A stretch of 64,000 nt of DNA from Poseidonia sp. (GTDB lineage Archaea > Thermoplasmatota > Poseidoniia > Poseidoniales > Poseidoniaceae): positions 7,960 through 71,959 of the forward strand of contig JAYPIL010000001.1 in the NCBI GenBank assembly GCA_038127845.1, read 5' to 3'. Each line of letters begins with the position of its first letter. Position 1 is the first letter of the stretch. Made by a program: the position numbers and the translations under genes. Positions 8,854 through 17,817 of the stretch are shown here, in pieces. Under the pieces are notes generated by a model. The model was not told the DNA's origin. It did not search any database and was given only the letters and a program-made list of their open reading frames with translations.

Positions 8854-11181
8854 ATGGAAGGTGCTACAGACCCTGAACTCCTCAAAGACCGGGCCTTCTT
8901 TCGACTGGGGTTGTTCATTCACGACCATCGAAAAGCGATGATGGCGTTCGGTCTTGTCTCGTGTATTTTGATGACCGGACTTATGTCCATGGGAGCAGAT
9001 TGGGCCGAGGGTTTTGGCGAGGACGATGTGGAATCCGTCAATGCGGGCCGCCTCATCTCTGAGCGCTTCGGGACCGACGATGACGACGGCGGTCAGACGC
9101 TCCGCTATCTGGTCTACCACCCAACCCTCAACGACACGAGCGCCGCCTGGCAGGAGGCGGTGGTGGCAGCTTTGGCCCCGTTTGCTGGCCACGGCGACGT
9201 CACCGTCGAGTATTCCTGGGACGCCGATGACGTGGACCGGGACGACGTCGTTGTGCAAACGGACGACGGCACCTACGCCATCAACGTCGTGAGGTTCGCT
9301 ACCGACCGGAAAGAGGCGAAAGCCATCATGGACGACCTGCACGATTCCATCGGCATCGAAGCCGGCTTTGATGCCTGGATGACGGACGGTATCGCCATCG
9401 ACTGGACCTTTGACGACCGCATCAAAAACGACCTCATCAAGGCCGAATTGATTTCCGGGCCTCTTTCCATTCTGATTCTCGGCATCGTGTTTGGCTCCAT
9501 CGTCGCTGCCTTACTGCCGGTCGGCGTGGGCGTTGGTACCGTGCTTGCCGCCATCGGCATGACGATTTGGCTCTCCAACGTGACCGACGTCACGGTCTAT
9601 GCCACGAACATCATCTCACTCATCGGCATTGGGGTATCCATCGATTACTCCCTCTTTTTGGTGAACCGCTTCCGAGAGGAGTTGGCCCGAGGTCATGACG
9701 TGCGAACGGCCACGGCGATGAGTTGCGCTACGGCTGGGAAAGCCGTGTTCTATTCCGGTATCACCGTTGCCATCGGGCTCATGGGGATGCTCTTCTTCAC
9801 CAACACCTCGTTGCCTTCCCTCGGCATCGGTGGCACCATCGCCGTCACCATTGCCATGGTCTATTCAACCATCGTCCTTCCTGCGGTGATGGCGTGGTTG
9901 GGCCCTCGGGTCAACAGAGGAACCATTCCCTTTGCGCTGGACATGTCGGCAAAAGACGACGGCATGTGGGCACGCATCGCCAAGCGGGTGATGGACCGGC
10001 CTTGGGCGGTTCTCATTCCCACGCTGGTGCTGCTCATCGGTGCCGGCTTACCGTTTGCCTACGCTGAATTTTCCCTCTCTTCGTGGAAAGCCCTGCCACC
10101 GGATGACGAATCCAGACAAGGCATGGAAATCATCGATGAACACTGGCCCGATCAAGCAGCCAACTCCATCTTCCTCGTCATTGACACCGACGGCGCTGAC
10201 CCGCTTTCCGAGGTCAATCTGCGGGCTCAACACGCCTACCTAACCGAACTGCTCAACGATTCGAGGGTGACGGGAGGTATCGGTGTTGGCTTACCTTCCC
10301 CCGATATGAGTGCCAACGATGTCGTGGATTTCTGGGCTGCTCCCGATGAATTCCTACCACCCGAGCAAGTGGCCGTGCGAGAGAGCCTTCGAGCGGCTTT
10401 CGTCGGGGACGAAGCCACGATGATGTCGGTTCAACTCGTCGGAGCACAAACCAGCGTTGACTCGCGGAACGTTGTTGAAGATGTCCGTGACGAACGAGAT
10501 GAATTCCTCGATGAATTGACCGGGGAGAACGACCGATTGCTCGTCGCCGGTTTTGCCGCTTACAACGCTGACAACCTCGACGCCATCGCCGATAACCTTC
10601 CTCGAGCCCTGGCGTTTATCCTCATTGCCACCATGCTGCTCATCTTCCTGCAGGTCCGCTCCGTCATCATCCCCATCAAAGCCATCGCCATGAACATCCT
10701 CTCCATTTCTGCATCCTTCGGCATGTTGGTGTGGGTGTTCCAGTGGGGGTACGGTGAGTCACTGCTCAACTTCACGGCTCAACCCATTGATTCGGGCAAT
10801 CCTGTCATCATGTTCTGCATCGTCTTTGGCCTGTCCATGGACTACGAAGTACTGATGCTCTCCCGGATTCACGAAGAATGGGAACGAACCGGAGACAACA
10901 CCCTTGCCGTAGCGAACGGATTGCAAAAGACGGGTGGGCTCATCACGGGCGCCGCTGCCATCATGGTGGTGGTGTTCAGCGCCTTCGGCTTGTCGTCGGT
11001 CATCATTCTCAAGCAGATCGGCCTTGGTCTCGCCTTGGCCATTCTCATCGATGCCACCCTCGTACGCGCCCTCGTCGTTCCGTCGACGATGCGACTGATG
11101 GGCAAATGGAACTGGTGGGCACCGGCCTTTTTGGAACGGAAACACGATGCGCCGCCCTTGTCATCAAGCCAAGAAGAGTAG
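8854..11181 (+). CDS. MMPL family (RND) transporter
   Basis: GIGVSIDYSLFLVNRFREE and FGLSMDYEVLMLSRIHEE; duplicated architecture. Confidence 0.93.
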   Translation: MEGATDPELLKDRAFFRLGLFIHDHRKAMMAFGLVSCILMTGLMSMGADWAEGFGEDDVESVNAGRLISERFGTDDDDGGQTLRYLVYHPTLNDTSAAWQEAVVAALAPFAGHGDVTVEYSWDADDVDRDDVVVQTDDGTYAINVVRFATDRKEAKAIMDDLHDSIGIEAGFDAWMTDGIAIDWTFDDRIKNDLIKAELISGPLSILILGIVFGSIVAALLPVGVGVGTVLAAIGMTIWLSNVTDVTVYATNIISLIGIGVSIDYSLFLVNRFREELARGHDVRTATAMSCATAGKAVFYSGITVAIGLMGMLFFTNTSLPSLGIGGTIAVTIAMVYSTIVLPAVMAWLGPRVNRGTIPFALDMSAKDDGMWARIAKRVMDRPWAVLIPTLVLLIGAGLPFAYAEFSLSSWKALPPDDESRQGMEIIDEHWPDQAANSIFLVIDTDGADPLSEVNLRAQHAYLTELLNDSRVTGGIGVGLPSPDMSANDVVDFWAAPDEFLPPEQVAVRESLRAAFVGDEATMMSVQLVGAQTSVDSRNVVEDVRDERDEFLDELTGENDRLLVAGFAAYNADNLDAIADNLPRALAFILIATMLLIFLQVRSVIIPIKAIAMNILSISASFGMLVWVFQWGYGESLLNFTAQPIDSGNPVIMFCIVFGLSMDYEVLMLSRIHEEWERTGDNTLAVANGLQKTGGLITGAAAIMVVVFSAFGLSSVIILKQIGLGLALAILIDATLVRALVVPSTMRLMGKWNWWAPAFLERKHDAPPLSSSQEE

Positions 11182-11229
11182 CCATAAAATTGGGGCAACC
11201 TTGAAATCGGCTTGGTTGGACGAACGACC

Positions 11230-11448
11230 ATGGCGAAAGACCGCTCGCTCAAGAAAGTCACCAAGGTGATGAAGCGCGTTGAGAAGCATCTCGAGGACAC
11301 GCGAGAAGCTCTTGAGGACCTCGAAATTGAGTTTGAAGTGCTCAAGGCTACCGTCAAGAAACTCAAAGTTGCCCAAGGCGAGCCTCAAGTCGAGGTTGAA
11401 GAGGACATCGTGGACATTGAAAACACGACGTCGATGCAGAAGTTCTGA
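11230..11448 (+). CDS. small coiled-coil hypothetical protein
   Basis: Charged heptad-like sequence; TTGAA at -29. Confidence 0.65.
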   Translation: MAKDRSLKKVTKVMKRVEKHLEDTREALEDLEIEFEVLKATVKKLKVAQGEPQVEVEEDIVDIENTTSMQKF

Positions 11449-11451
11449 GCC

Positions 11452-12441
11452 CTACAGCGCCAGAACGTCGTCCCTTGAGGACCACATACCAAGCCAGTGT
11501 TCGAGATTCGCCTCGAGCCCGGGCGGTTGAATCCGACATCCACATGCATTGACGTGACCGCCTCCGGTGGGATCGAGCGCCGTGGCAAGACGGGAGAGGT
11601 CGTACCTCCCTTGGCCTTGGGGCAAAAACGAGTTGGCGTAAAAGCTGGCTGAAAGAGGCGGGCGGCCCGGTTGCGACAAATCGCCGTCAGCATATCCGTG
11701 AACGATGCAACAGGCATCGGCGGCATCCCCCGCCCACGCCGTGACGAGGTAACCGTTCGAACGCAGGGGCGTTTCGTCAAACCGACAGATGGCAAGGCGG
11801 TCCACGATGGTCGTGTTGTTGGCCACGTGTTCAAGAGCGACTGAACGCTCTTCTACAACCTCGGCGAGACGTTGGCGAACCCGTTCGTCTTCCATCAGGT
11901 CCTCGTAAGTCGCCCCTTGTGTGAGGAGAGTGACAAGGTGCTGCATGTAGGCAGGGTCTCTTGAGGTGCAGGTTCGAGAGAGTTGGAGCAGGGGGCCGTC
12001 CTCGATGAACTCCTCTTTCGTGATACCACCAGAGTCCAAAGCATCCACCACGGGCATCATCGGTGCAAGGTGGCGCATATCGGTGATGTTCAGGAGCAAT
12101 TCATAGGCCAATCGGGCAGCGGAGGGGGTGTCCTGCCAGTGTTGGGTCCCCCCTGCCCGTGCAAAGGCAGTCGCTTCGGTTTGACTGGGGCGGTTGGTCG
12201 TGTGGTGGTCGACATACCAACCGCATGCTGGATGAAAGGGCAAATCCACGAGTGCCGTTGAGCGGTCGACAAGGTCGTCGACGAGGCCGGCTCGAATCGC
12301 TGCGGCGTGCGAAAACACCACCTCTGCTTCTGGCCGATACGCTTTCAAGACGGCGGCGCCAAACAGGCCATCCATATCGGAATCGGCGACGATTCGGTGG
12401 TAATGAGGGACATCACCCTCTTCCAGCGGTTCAATCGCCAT
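11452..12441 (-). CDS. DHH family phosphoesterase
   Basis: DSDMDG, VDLP, VDHH, GGGHVNACG motifs. Confidence 0.88.
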   Translation of the reverse strand: MAIEPLEEGDVPHYHRIVADSDMDGLFGAAVLKAYRPEAEVVFSHAAAIRAGLVDDLVDRSTALVDLPFHPACGWYVDHHTTNRPSQTEATAFARAGGTQHWQDTPSAARLAYELLLNITDMRHLAPMMPVVDALDSGGITKEEFIEDGPLLQLSRTCTSRDPAYMQHLVTLLTQGATYEDLMEDERVRQRLAEVVEERSVALEHVANNTTIVDRLAICRFDETPLRSNGYLVTAWAGDAADACCIVHGYADGDLSQPGRPPLSASFYANSFLPQGQGRYDLSRLATALDPTGGGHVNACGCRIQPPGLEANLEHWLGMWSSRDDVLAL

Positions 12442-12492
12442 GGGAGGTGCTTCGAGGCCCGATTCATCAATCTTGGGTGGTCATCACCCGTT

Positions 12493-12936
12493 ATGACCAT
12501 GAACGAGAAGACCTGCCGACCCATCATGGAAACTTCTTGCGGCGTGGTGTTGGTCAACTACGGCACCGTCCTTCTCCTCCAATATCCGCAGGGTCATTGG
12601 GACCTCCCCAAAGGCCATGTCGAGCCGGATGACGAAGACCGGCAACGGACGATGTTGCGAGAACTGGAAGAAGAGACTGGTATTGCAGACGTTATCGTTC
12701 TCGAGGGTTTCGAAGAACGGACCGAATATGCGTACCGCCACAAAGGAAAGCGGCGTGAGAAAGAGGTCTTCTGGTACGTCGCCGAAACGGAGGAACTTGA
12801 CGTGGTTCTGTCTCACGAACACCGAGGGTACCTGTGGCTGGACTGGGACCAGGCCTTGGAAACGATCTCGCACGACGAAACCAGGAGCATCGTGGAACGC
12901 GCTCGGCAATTCGTGCTCGCCAACGGACGGCAGTGA
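12493..12936 (+). CDS. NUDIX hydrolase, Ap4A-hydrolase-like
   Basis: SCG, HWDLPKGHVE and Nudix box RELEEETG, LSHEH; start could be 12493, 12499 or 12526. Confidence 0.88.
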   Translation: MTMNEKTCRPIMETSCGVVLVNYGTVLLLQYPQGHWDLPKGHVEPDDEDRQRTMLRELEEETGIADVIVLEGFEERTEYAYRHKGKRREKEVFWYVAETEELDVVLSHEHRGYLWLDWDQALETISHDETRSIVERARQFVLANGRQ

Positions 12937-13632
12937 TCACAACGAGGAAAGATCTTCGTCGTTTGAGCGCATTTGTGCAACGCGGTGAGAGACGCCTCGC
13001 TCTGCCGGGCGCTTGCCGAGCGGAACCCACAGCGTTTCGTTTTCATTCAACAACGTGCTTACCCAACGGCCCAAGACAAAGAGCCAGTCGGAAAGACGGT
13101 TGAGATAGACCATCACGACCGGCCGAATTGCCCCTTCTCCCTCGTGGTCACCGAGTTGAATCACGCAGCGTTCCAGTCGACGGGTCACGGTCCTCGCAAG
13201 ATGAAGAAACGCCACGGGCGGCGAACCTGTGGGCAGGATGAAACTCGTCAGTTCGGGCAACCCCTCCAACCACGCATCCATCTCAGCGACCAGAACATCG
13301 GTCTGCTCTTCGGAAAGTAGCACCATGTATTCGGGAAGTCCTTCTGGCGGGCAGGCAAGTTCTGCACCGAGGTCAAACAGTTCGTTTTGAACACGGGAAA
13401 GGGCTTCACTGGCCACCGTTTGAACGCGCTGCACGCTCGTTCGGTCACCTCCGTCTTCGTGGTCAGGGAGACGGTTGAGTTCCATCAGCACCGCCCCGAA
13501 AAGACTGTTCAGTTCGTCGCAAACGCCCACGACTTCGAAACGAGGGTCGGATTTGCGTCGCCTTGAGCCGTCGACCAGAGAAGATTCGCCGCCGTCGCCG
13601 CCGCCGGTGTAGACTCGATTGATCTTGACCAT
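12937..13632 (-). CDS. pduO: PduO-type ATP:cob(I)alamin adenosyltransferase
   Basis: VYTGGGDGG, DELNS, QNELFDLGAELA, FILP, ARTVTRRLER, YLNRLSDWLF. Confidence 0.92.
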   Translation of the reverse strand: MVKINRVYTGGGDGGESSLVDGSRRRKSDPRFEVVGVCDELNSLFGAVLMELNRLPDHEDGGDRTSVQRVQTVASEALSRVQNELFDLGAELACPPEGLPEYMVLLSEEQTDVLVAEMDAWLEGLPELTSFILPTGSPPVAFLHLARTVTRRLERCVIQLGDHEGEGAIRPVVMVYLNRLSDWLFVLGRWVSTLLNENETLWVPLGKRPAERGVSHRVAQMRSNDEDLSSL

Positions 13633-13655
13633 GGCCCTGCCTCAGCCTTGCGAAG

Positions 13656-14099
13656 TCATGCCTCTATGAGGGGTTTGCGGGAGGGGAAGCCTTCCTCCAT
13701 TCGGTAATACCATTCGATGTCCTCCTCCCCAACAGCCCAGGAAAACAAGGCCATTCGGTGGTCCACAACGCCGTACCATTCCAAACGCCCGGGGTCCATC
13801 GAAACGATGCGAGCACCCACGGACTCCAGCCGTTCAACATTGGCCTGCCAATGGGCGACAAGTTGGCCAAGGTGTTCCGCGACTTCCATCACGTGGGGAT
13901 GGGTCATGGGGTACTGGTCGAGGAGCAACTCCAACTCATTGGTCAAATCGTGGGCTTCGTCGCTCATTGCTTGAAGGACCATCAACACGCTGCTGGCCTC
14001 GTTCAGCGACGCTCGGGCCTGTTCAATGGTCACAACCGTGGCTCCATCGGGGAGCGGATACGGGAGTTCTTCATCCGTTGAAAGTTCGTTGAGCTCCAT
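13656..14099 (-). CDS. DUF2203-like protein
   Basis: TIEQAR..L N-terminus and FSWAVGEEDIEWYY..EEGFPSRKP C-terminus. Confidence 0.75.
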   Translation of the reverse strand: MELNELSTDEELPYPLPDGATVVTIEQARASLNEASSVLMVLQAMSDEAHDLTNELELLLDQYPMTHPHVMEVAEHLGQLVAHWQANVERLESVGARIVSMDPGRLEWYGVVDHRMALFSWAVGEEDIEWYYRMEEGFPSRKPLIEA

Positions 14100-14236
14100 T
14101 GGTAGTCCCGAAAAAGAAGGTTGGTCTGGAGGTATACTCACGAGTGCTCCTTTACTTGACACCCTTTGAATTCATCGGAGGACCAACATGGGCCATCCCC
14201 GTTTTTGTGCGGGAATCAACCCTCCGAGCAGAGAAG

Positions 14237-14482
14237 TCACGCCGGTACTGCAGAGGTTGCCTGCGGGGTTCGTCGAGACCGGTTCATCTTCATCCATCCC
14301 ATTGCCAGTAAGCCGGCCCACATGGAAAGTTCGACCAGCACGACAAGATAGTAAGCCGGACCGAGCGTCTTGAGCATCGAAACGGCATCGTAGGGAAGTC
14401 CGTGAATGGCCATGTAGGCCGATTGGGAAAGCAAGCTGGACGAGAACCAGATCAAGACGGCAAACCAGAGAATGTTTCCCAT
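14237..14482 (-). CDS. small membrane protein
   Basis: Two hydrophobic segments; canonical TATA-like TTTATA near 14547. Confidence 0.6.
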   Translation of the reverse strand: MGNILWFAVLIWFSSSLLSQSAYMAIHGLPYDAVSMLKTLGPAYYLVVLVELSMWAGLLAMGWMKMNRSRRTPQATSAVPA

Positions 14483-14590
14483 GGGCCAATCCTTTTCCTG
14501 ACGCACAACTTCTTTCACGGTATTATATCGCCGTGTAGGGATATAAAGCCTCGTTTCATTTGCTCATGGGGTCCCCGAAAAAATGCGTAT

Positions 14591-15358
14591 TCAGCCTTCT
14601 TCCGAGCCGTCTTCCTCCACGAAATCCGCAGGAATGTTCCTGTTCATGGCATGGAGAGCACCTTCAACGGCTTCAAGCCATTCAGGTGCGACCGCCGATT
14701 CACCGCCTGCATCTTCAAACGACTCGAGCCATTGTTTGGCTTCTTTTTCGTTGTTCAACATGGCATGAATTCGGTGAAGAGCACCGTACGCCATCGGATT
14801 GAGATGTTCTTCATCGGCATCCCATCCCCGTTCAAAACACGCAATGGCTCCGTGTGGGCCGTGAAGTTGTCCTCGTTGAAGGGCGACCATCCCTGCCTGA
14901 CTCCATGCCAAGGGCAGACGACCGATGAGCAAGCCACGGAAGACCATCCACGTTTGTCCTCCGCCGAGCAGAACCAACATCAAGAAACCGGCCCACTGCT
15001 CGAGGGTGTTGAGATCGGACCACGTTTGGACCATCAGTCCGCCTGCTCCCAAACAGAACAAGAATCCCGACATGGGGGCGATGAACACATCCCGCCGGGT
15101 TCGCACCATGTGGTGGACACCCACCAAAACACCCGCTGAACCCAAGCCGAGCGTCAAGGTCAACATCGTGACCAGCGGCATGGGCCTTGGCGCCGATTCA
15201 CCGAGCGCAACCAGCCCCGCAACGGTCAGCAACAACCAGCCGAAGCGGCCAGAAATTTCGGGAAACGGCTGGTGGCGACTCCCAACCACAAGAGAGCCGG
15301 ACACGACAAACATGGTCACCAAGACCAAGACTTTGCCCGTTGCTTCATCGATGAACAT
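14591..15358 (-). CDS. membrane protein with C-terminal TPR-like helices
   Basis: About 5 TM segments followed by a helical repeat (AWSQAG..AIACFE). Confidence 0.65.
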   Translation of the reverse strand: MFIDEATGKVLVLVTMFVVSGSLVVGSRHQPFPEISGRFGWLLLTVAGLVALGESAPRPMPLVTMLTLTLGLGSAGVLVGVHHMVRTRRDVFIAPMSGFLFCLGAGGLMVQTWSDLNTLEQWAGFLMLVLLGGGQTWMVFRGLLIGRLPLAWSQAGMVALQRGQLHGPHGAIACFERGWDADEEHLNPMAYGALHRIHAMLNNEKEAKQWLESFEDAGGESAVAPEWLEAVEGALHAMNRNIPADFVEEDGSEEG

Positions 15359-15393
15359 GGTGCTCTCGCTCTCTTGTCCACCTCGGCCTCATA

Positions 15394-15828
15394 TCATGCT
15401 TTGTGATAGCCTGTGCCGCGTTGAAGTTCACTTGCGCGATACAGTTGCTCGACCAACATCACGGCGGCCAGTTCGTGGGGGAAGGTCATCGCCGACAAGG
15501 AAAGACGGGGTACATCGGTCAAACGGCGGTCATCAGGCCAACCATCAGCCGGACCCAAGGCCAAGTGAACGTCGTGTGTTTCAAGTTGCCATGCTTCAAA
15601 ACGCCGAGCAAAGGTCACAGAAGTTTCCTCTTGACCGCCTTCATCCAACAGCAACAAGGTTCCGTTCAGCGACATCAAGCGTTCGACATAGGTTTCCGCC
15701 GTTTGCTTTGACGGATGGTATTCAATGCGAACACCGCGAGCTTTCAATCGCTCGCCATACATCTCAATCAGATGCTTCATCGCTTTGTCTTTCGGCACTC
15801 CGTGAGCGTGAACGACAAGGCGACCCAT
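15394..15828 (-). CDS. rlmH: SPOUT methyltransferase, RlmH family
   Basis: LLLDEGG, LGPADG, LSLSAMTFPHELA, EQLYRA, GTGYHK. Confidence 0.9.
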   Translation of the reverse strand: MGRLVVHAHGVPKDKAMKHLIEMYGERLKARGVRIEYHPSKQTAETYVERLMSLNGTLLLLDEGGQEETSVTFARRFEAWQLETHDVHLALGPADGWPDDRRLTDVPRLSLSAMTFPHELAAVMLVEQLYRASELQRGTGYHKA

Positions 15829-15906
15829 GACCGAGTGGCCTCGCATCACCACTTCAAACCCGCGCCCCATGAACAAGACCATGAACCACGATGTCAACGA
15901 GGCCTC

Positions 15907-16245
15907 ATGGGCTGGTGGCCGTTTGGCAAAAAGAAGGGCCCGACTTCAAATCCGAACGACCCCATCATGAAAGACACGCGAACGTGGCTGGCTGAATTAC
16001 GAGACGCATGCGAGATGAATTTTGACCAGCCCGAGGAAGCCCGGCGGCAGATACGCCACATGCAAGTGGAATGGAAGGACGCCATGGACCGAGGCGAAAT
16101 GGCACCGACGCTTCGCGAAGGGTTGGAGGGACGAGCGTTCCGGCTGCTCTCCTGTACCGACAAGGAGTGGCTGGCGTGGTTGGACAACCTTGACTTTTGG
16201 AAAGCGGGCTGGAAACCCCAGCACGATGACGAGAACGAGGCTTGA
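15907..16245 (+). CDS. hypothetical protein
   Basis: Plausible ORF (MGWWPFGKKK...) filling the gap between rlmH and the GST gene. Confidence 0.7.
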   Translation: MGWWPFGKKKGPTSNPNDPIMKDTRTWLAELRDACEMNFDQPEEARRQIRHMQVEWKDAMDRGEMAPTLREGLEGRAFRLLSCTDKEWLAWLDNLDFWKAGWKPQHDDENEA

Positions 16246-16271
16246 AGAAGGAAGTCCTCCGACATCTACCC

Positions 16272-16964
16272 ATGGGTCAGAAGCCTCAACTGCACCTCCT
16301 CTACTCCTGTCCCTTCTGCTGGAAGGTCCGCGGGCTCATTGAGCATTTGGGGATGGACGTGGACTACGTCGGCGTGAACGGCATGAAGATTCGAAAAGAA
16401 GTGGCGTTTGCAGGCGATTGGGGGAAAGTTCCCGTGTTCACCGATGAAGCGGGCGCACATCACGTGGATTCAACACCGGTTCTCAAGCACATCGACGCCA
16501 CCTACAACGGCGGGAAACTGGCAGCCATGGGCGACAAGGCACGCCAAGACGAGTGGATGACGTGGGTGGACACCCACATGTCGAAGGCCACGGTTCCTAT
16601 CCTCTACGGTAGCCTCGCATCTGCACTCAAAACCACCACACGCATCTCCAAAATCGAAACCTTTGGCTTTCTCTCAAAGCGACTCTATGCGTGGGCGGGC
16701 TTCCCCATCATGTGGGGCATCATCGCTCGAAAGCGCGTGAAGCGTGACGGTCGGAAACCCAAGCAACTTTGGCACGATTTACTGACCGAATTTACCGCCG
16801 CACACGACGGTCAACCGTTCTTTGGCGGCGTACACCCTGACTTGGTTGATTTCGCTGCGTTTGGCTACATGCGCTCGGTGTCGCCGTTCCCTCAATTTGC
16901 TCAACTGACCGACCATACCGCAGGCATGGCTTGGTACCGTCGCATGGAATCGAGCCTCCAATGA
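16272..16964 (+). CDS. glutathione S-transferase / glutaredoxin-like protein (PTGES2-like)
   Basis: CPFC, KVP, DS, FFGG..PDLVDFAAFG motifs. Confidence 0.85.
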   Translation: MGQKPQLHLLYSCPFCWKVRGLIEHLGMDVDYVGVNGMKIRKEVAFAGDWGKVPVFTDEAGAHHVDSTPVLKHIDATYNGGKLAAMGDKARQDEWMTWVDTHMSKATVPILYGSLASALKTTTRISKIETFGFLSKRLYAWAGFPIMWGIIARKRVKRDGRKPKQLWHDLLTEFTAAHDGQPFFGGVHPDLVDFAAFGYMRSVSPFPQFAQLTDHTAGMAWYRRMESSLQ

Positions 16965-16965
16965 G

Positions 16966-17817
16966 ATGATGCTCATGACGGTGGAACTCAACGGGTTGGT
17001 GTTTCATCCCGTTGAAGCACAAACGGTGATCCTCGGTAGCACCAAAGGAGGTTGGATGTATGCAGGACAACGACCCTGCCACGAGGTCAAACTTCCGTCG
17101 TTTTTCGTCATGGGTCAACCGCTCAACGAACGTGAAGTGGCGACGGCAATGGGTGTCCCGTTGACCGACCAAGTCGGTGACCGCCCGATGGAAACGCTGA
17201 CCTCCATCGACGTGCATGAGCTTGCACAGCACCTCATGGAGAGCGAGGATTTCAAGCAGAAAATCGAGGAACTTCCCGGTCGCTGGGAGGTCAGGCCCCT
17301 CACCCAGAGCGAGTGGCAGGCGGCCGCTCAAGGCGGCATCCTCAACCTACCGCCCGGCTGCACAGAACGTCTAGCTGATGCCCCCGCATCGAACCATCGT
17401 GGCGCCATGATGGACGGGCGCCCCCGCCCGAACGAGCTGTTGGGACCTGCATCTCAGCACGTGGCTGCCATCGCCGTTCATCCAAAGAACCGGAACATCA
17501 CCGCCATGACCAGCCTTCCTCACGACCGACCCCTGCCCAGCGTAGTGGCGCGTCTGGCACTCTCGCCTCTGCGGGAGGGGAGCGGAAAACGGGTGCCCGA
17601 AACTACTGACCGGTGGGGCAACCTTCGCTCTGAACTTCTTTGGACCACGCTGCTCGGCATCGTTCCTTCGTTCCTGATTCCCGTCCTGCGCGGGATGGGC
17701 GATTATGCAACCGAAGGCTGGGTGAACCTGTTGTTTGGAGGCCTTTGCGCAGGCTTTCTGACCGGTGCCGTGTGGCGACCTCAGCGACCGATGCTGCGCT
17801 ACGATGATGTGTCCTGA
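16966..17817 (+). CDS. FGE-sulfatase-fold protein with two C-terminal TM helices
   Basis: LGS....RPCHEVKLPSFF and RPLTQSEWQAAA resemble FGE-family motifs. Confidence 0.6.
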   Translation: MMLMTVELNGLVFHPVEAQTVILGSTKGGWMYAGQRPCHEVKLPSFFVMGQPLNEREVATAMGVPLTDQVGDRPMETLTSIDVHELAQHLMESEDFKQKIEELPGRWEVRPLTQSEWQAAAQGGILNLPPGCTERLADAPASNHRGAMMDGRPRPNELLGPASQHVAAIAVHPKNRNITAMTSLPHDRPLPSVVARLALSPLREGSGKRVPETTDRWGNLRSELLWTTLLGIVPSFLIPVLRGMGDYATEGWVNLLFGGLCAGFLTGAVWRPQRPMLRYDDVS

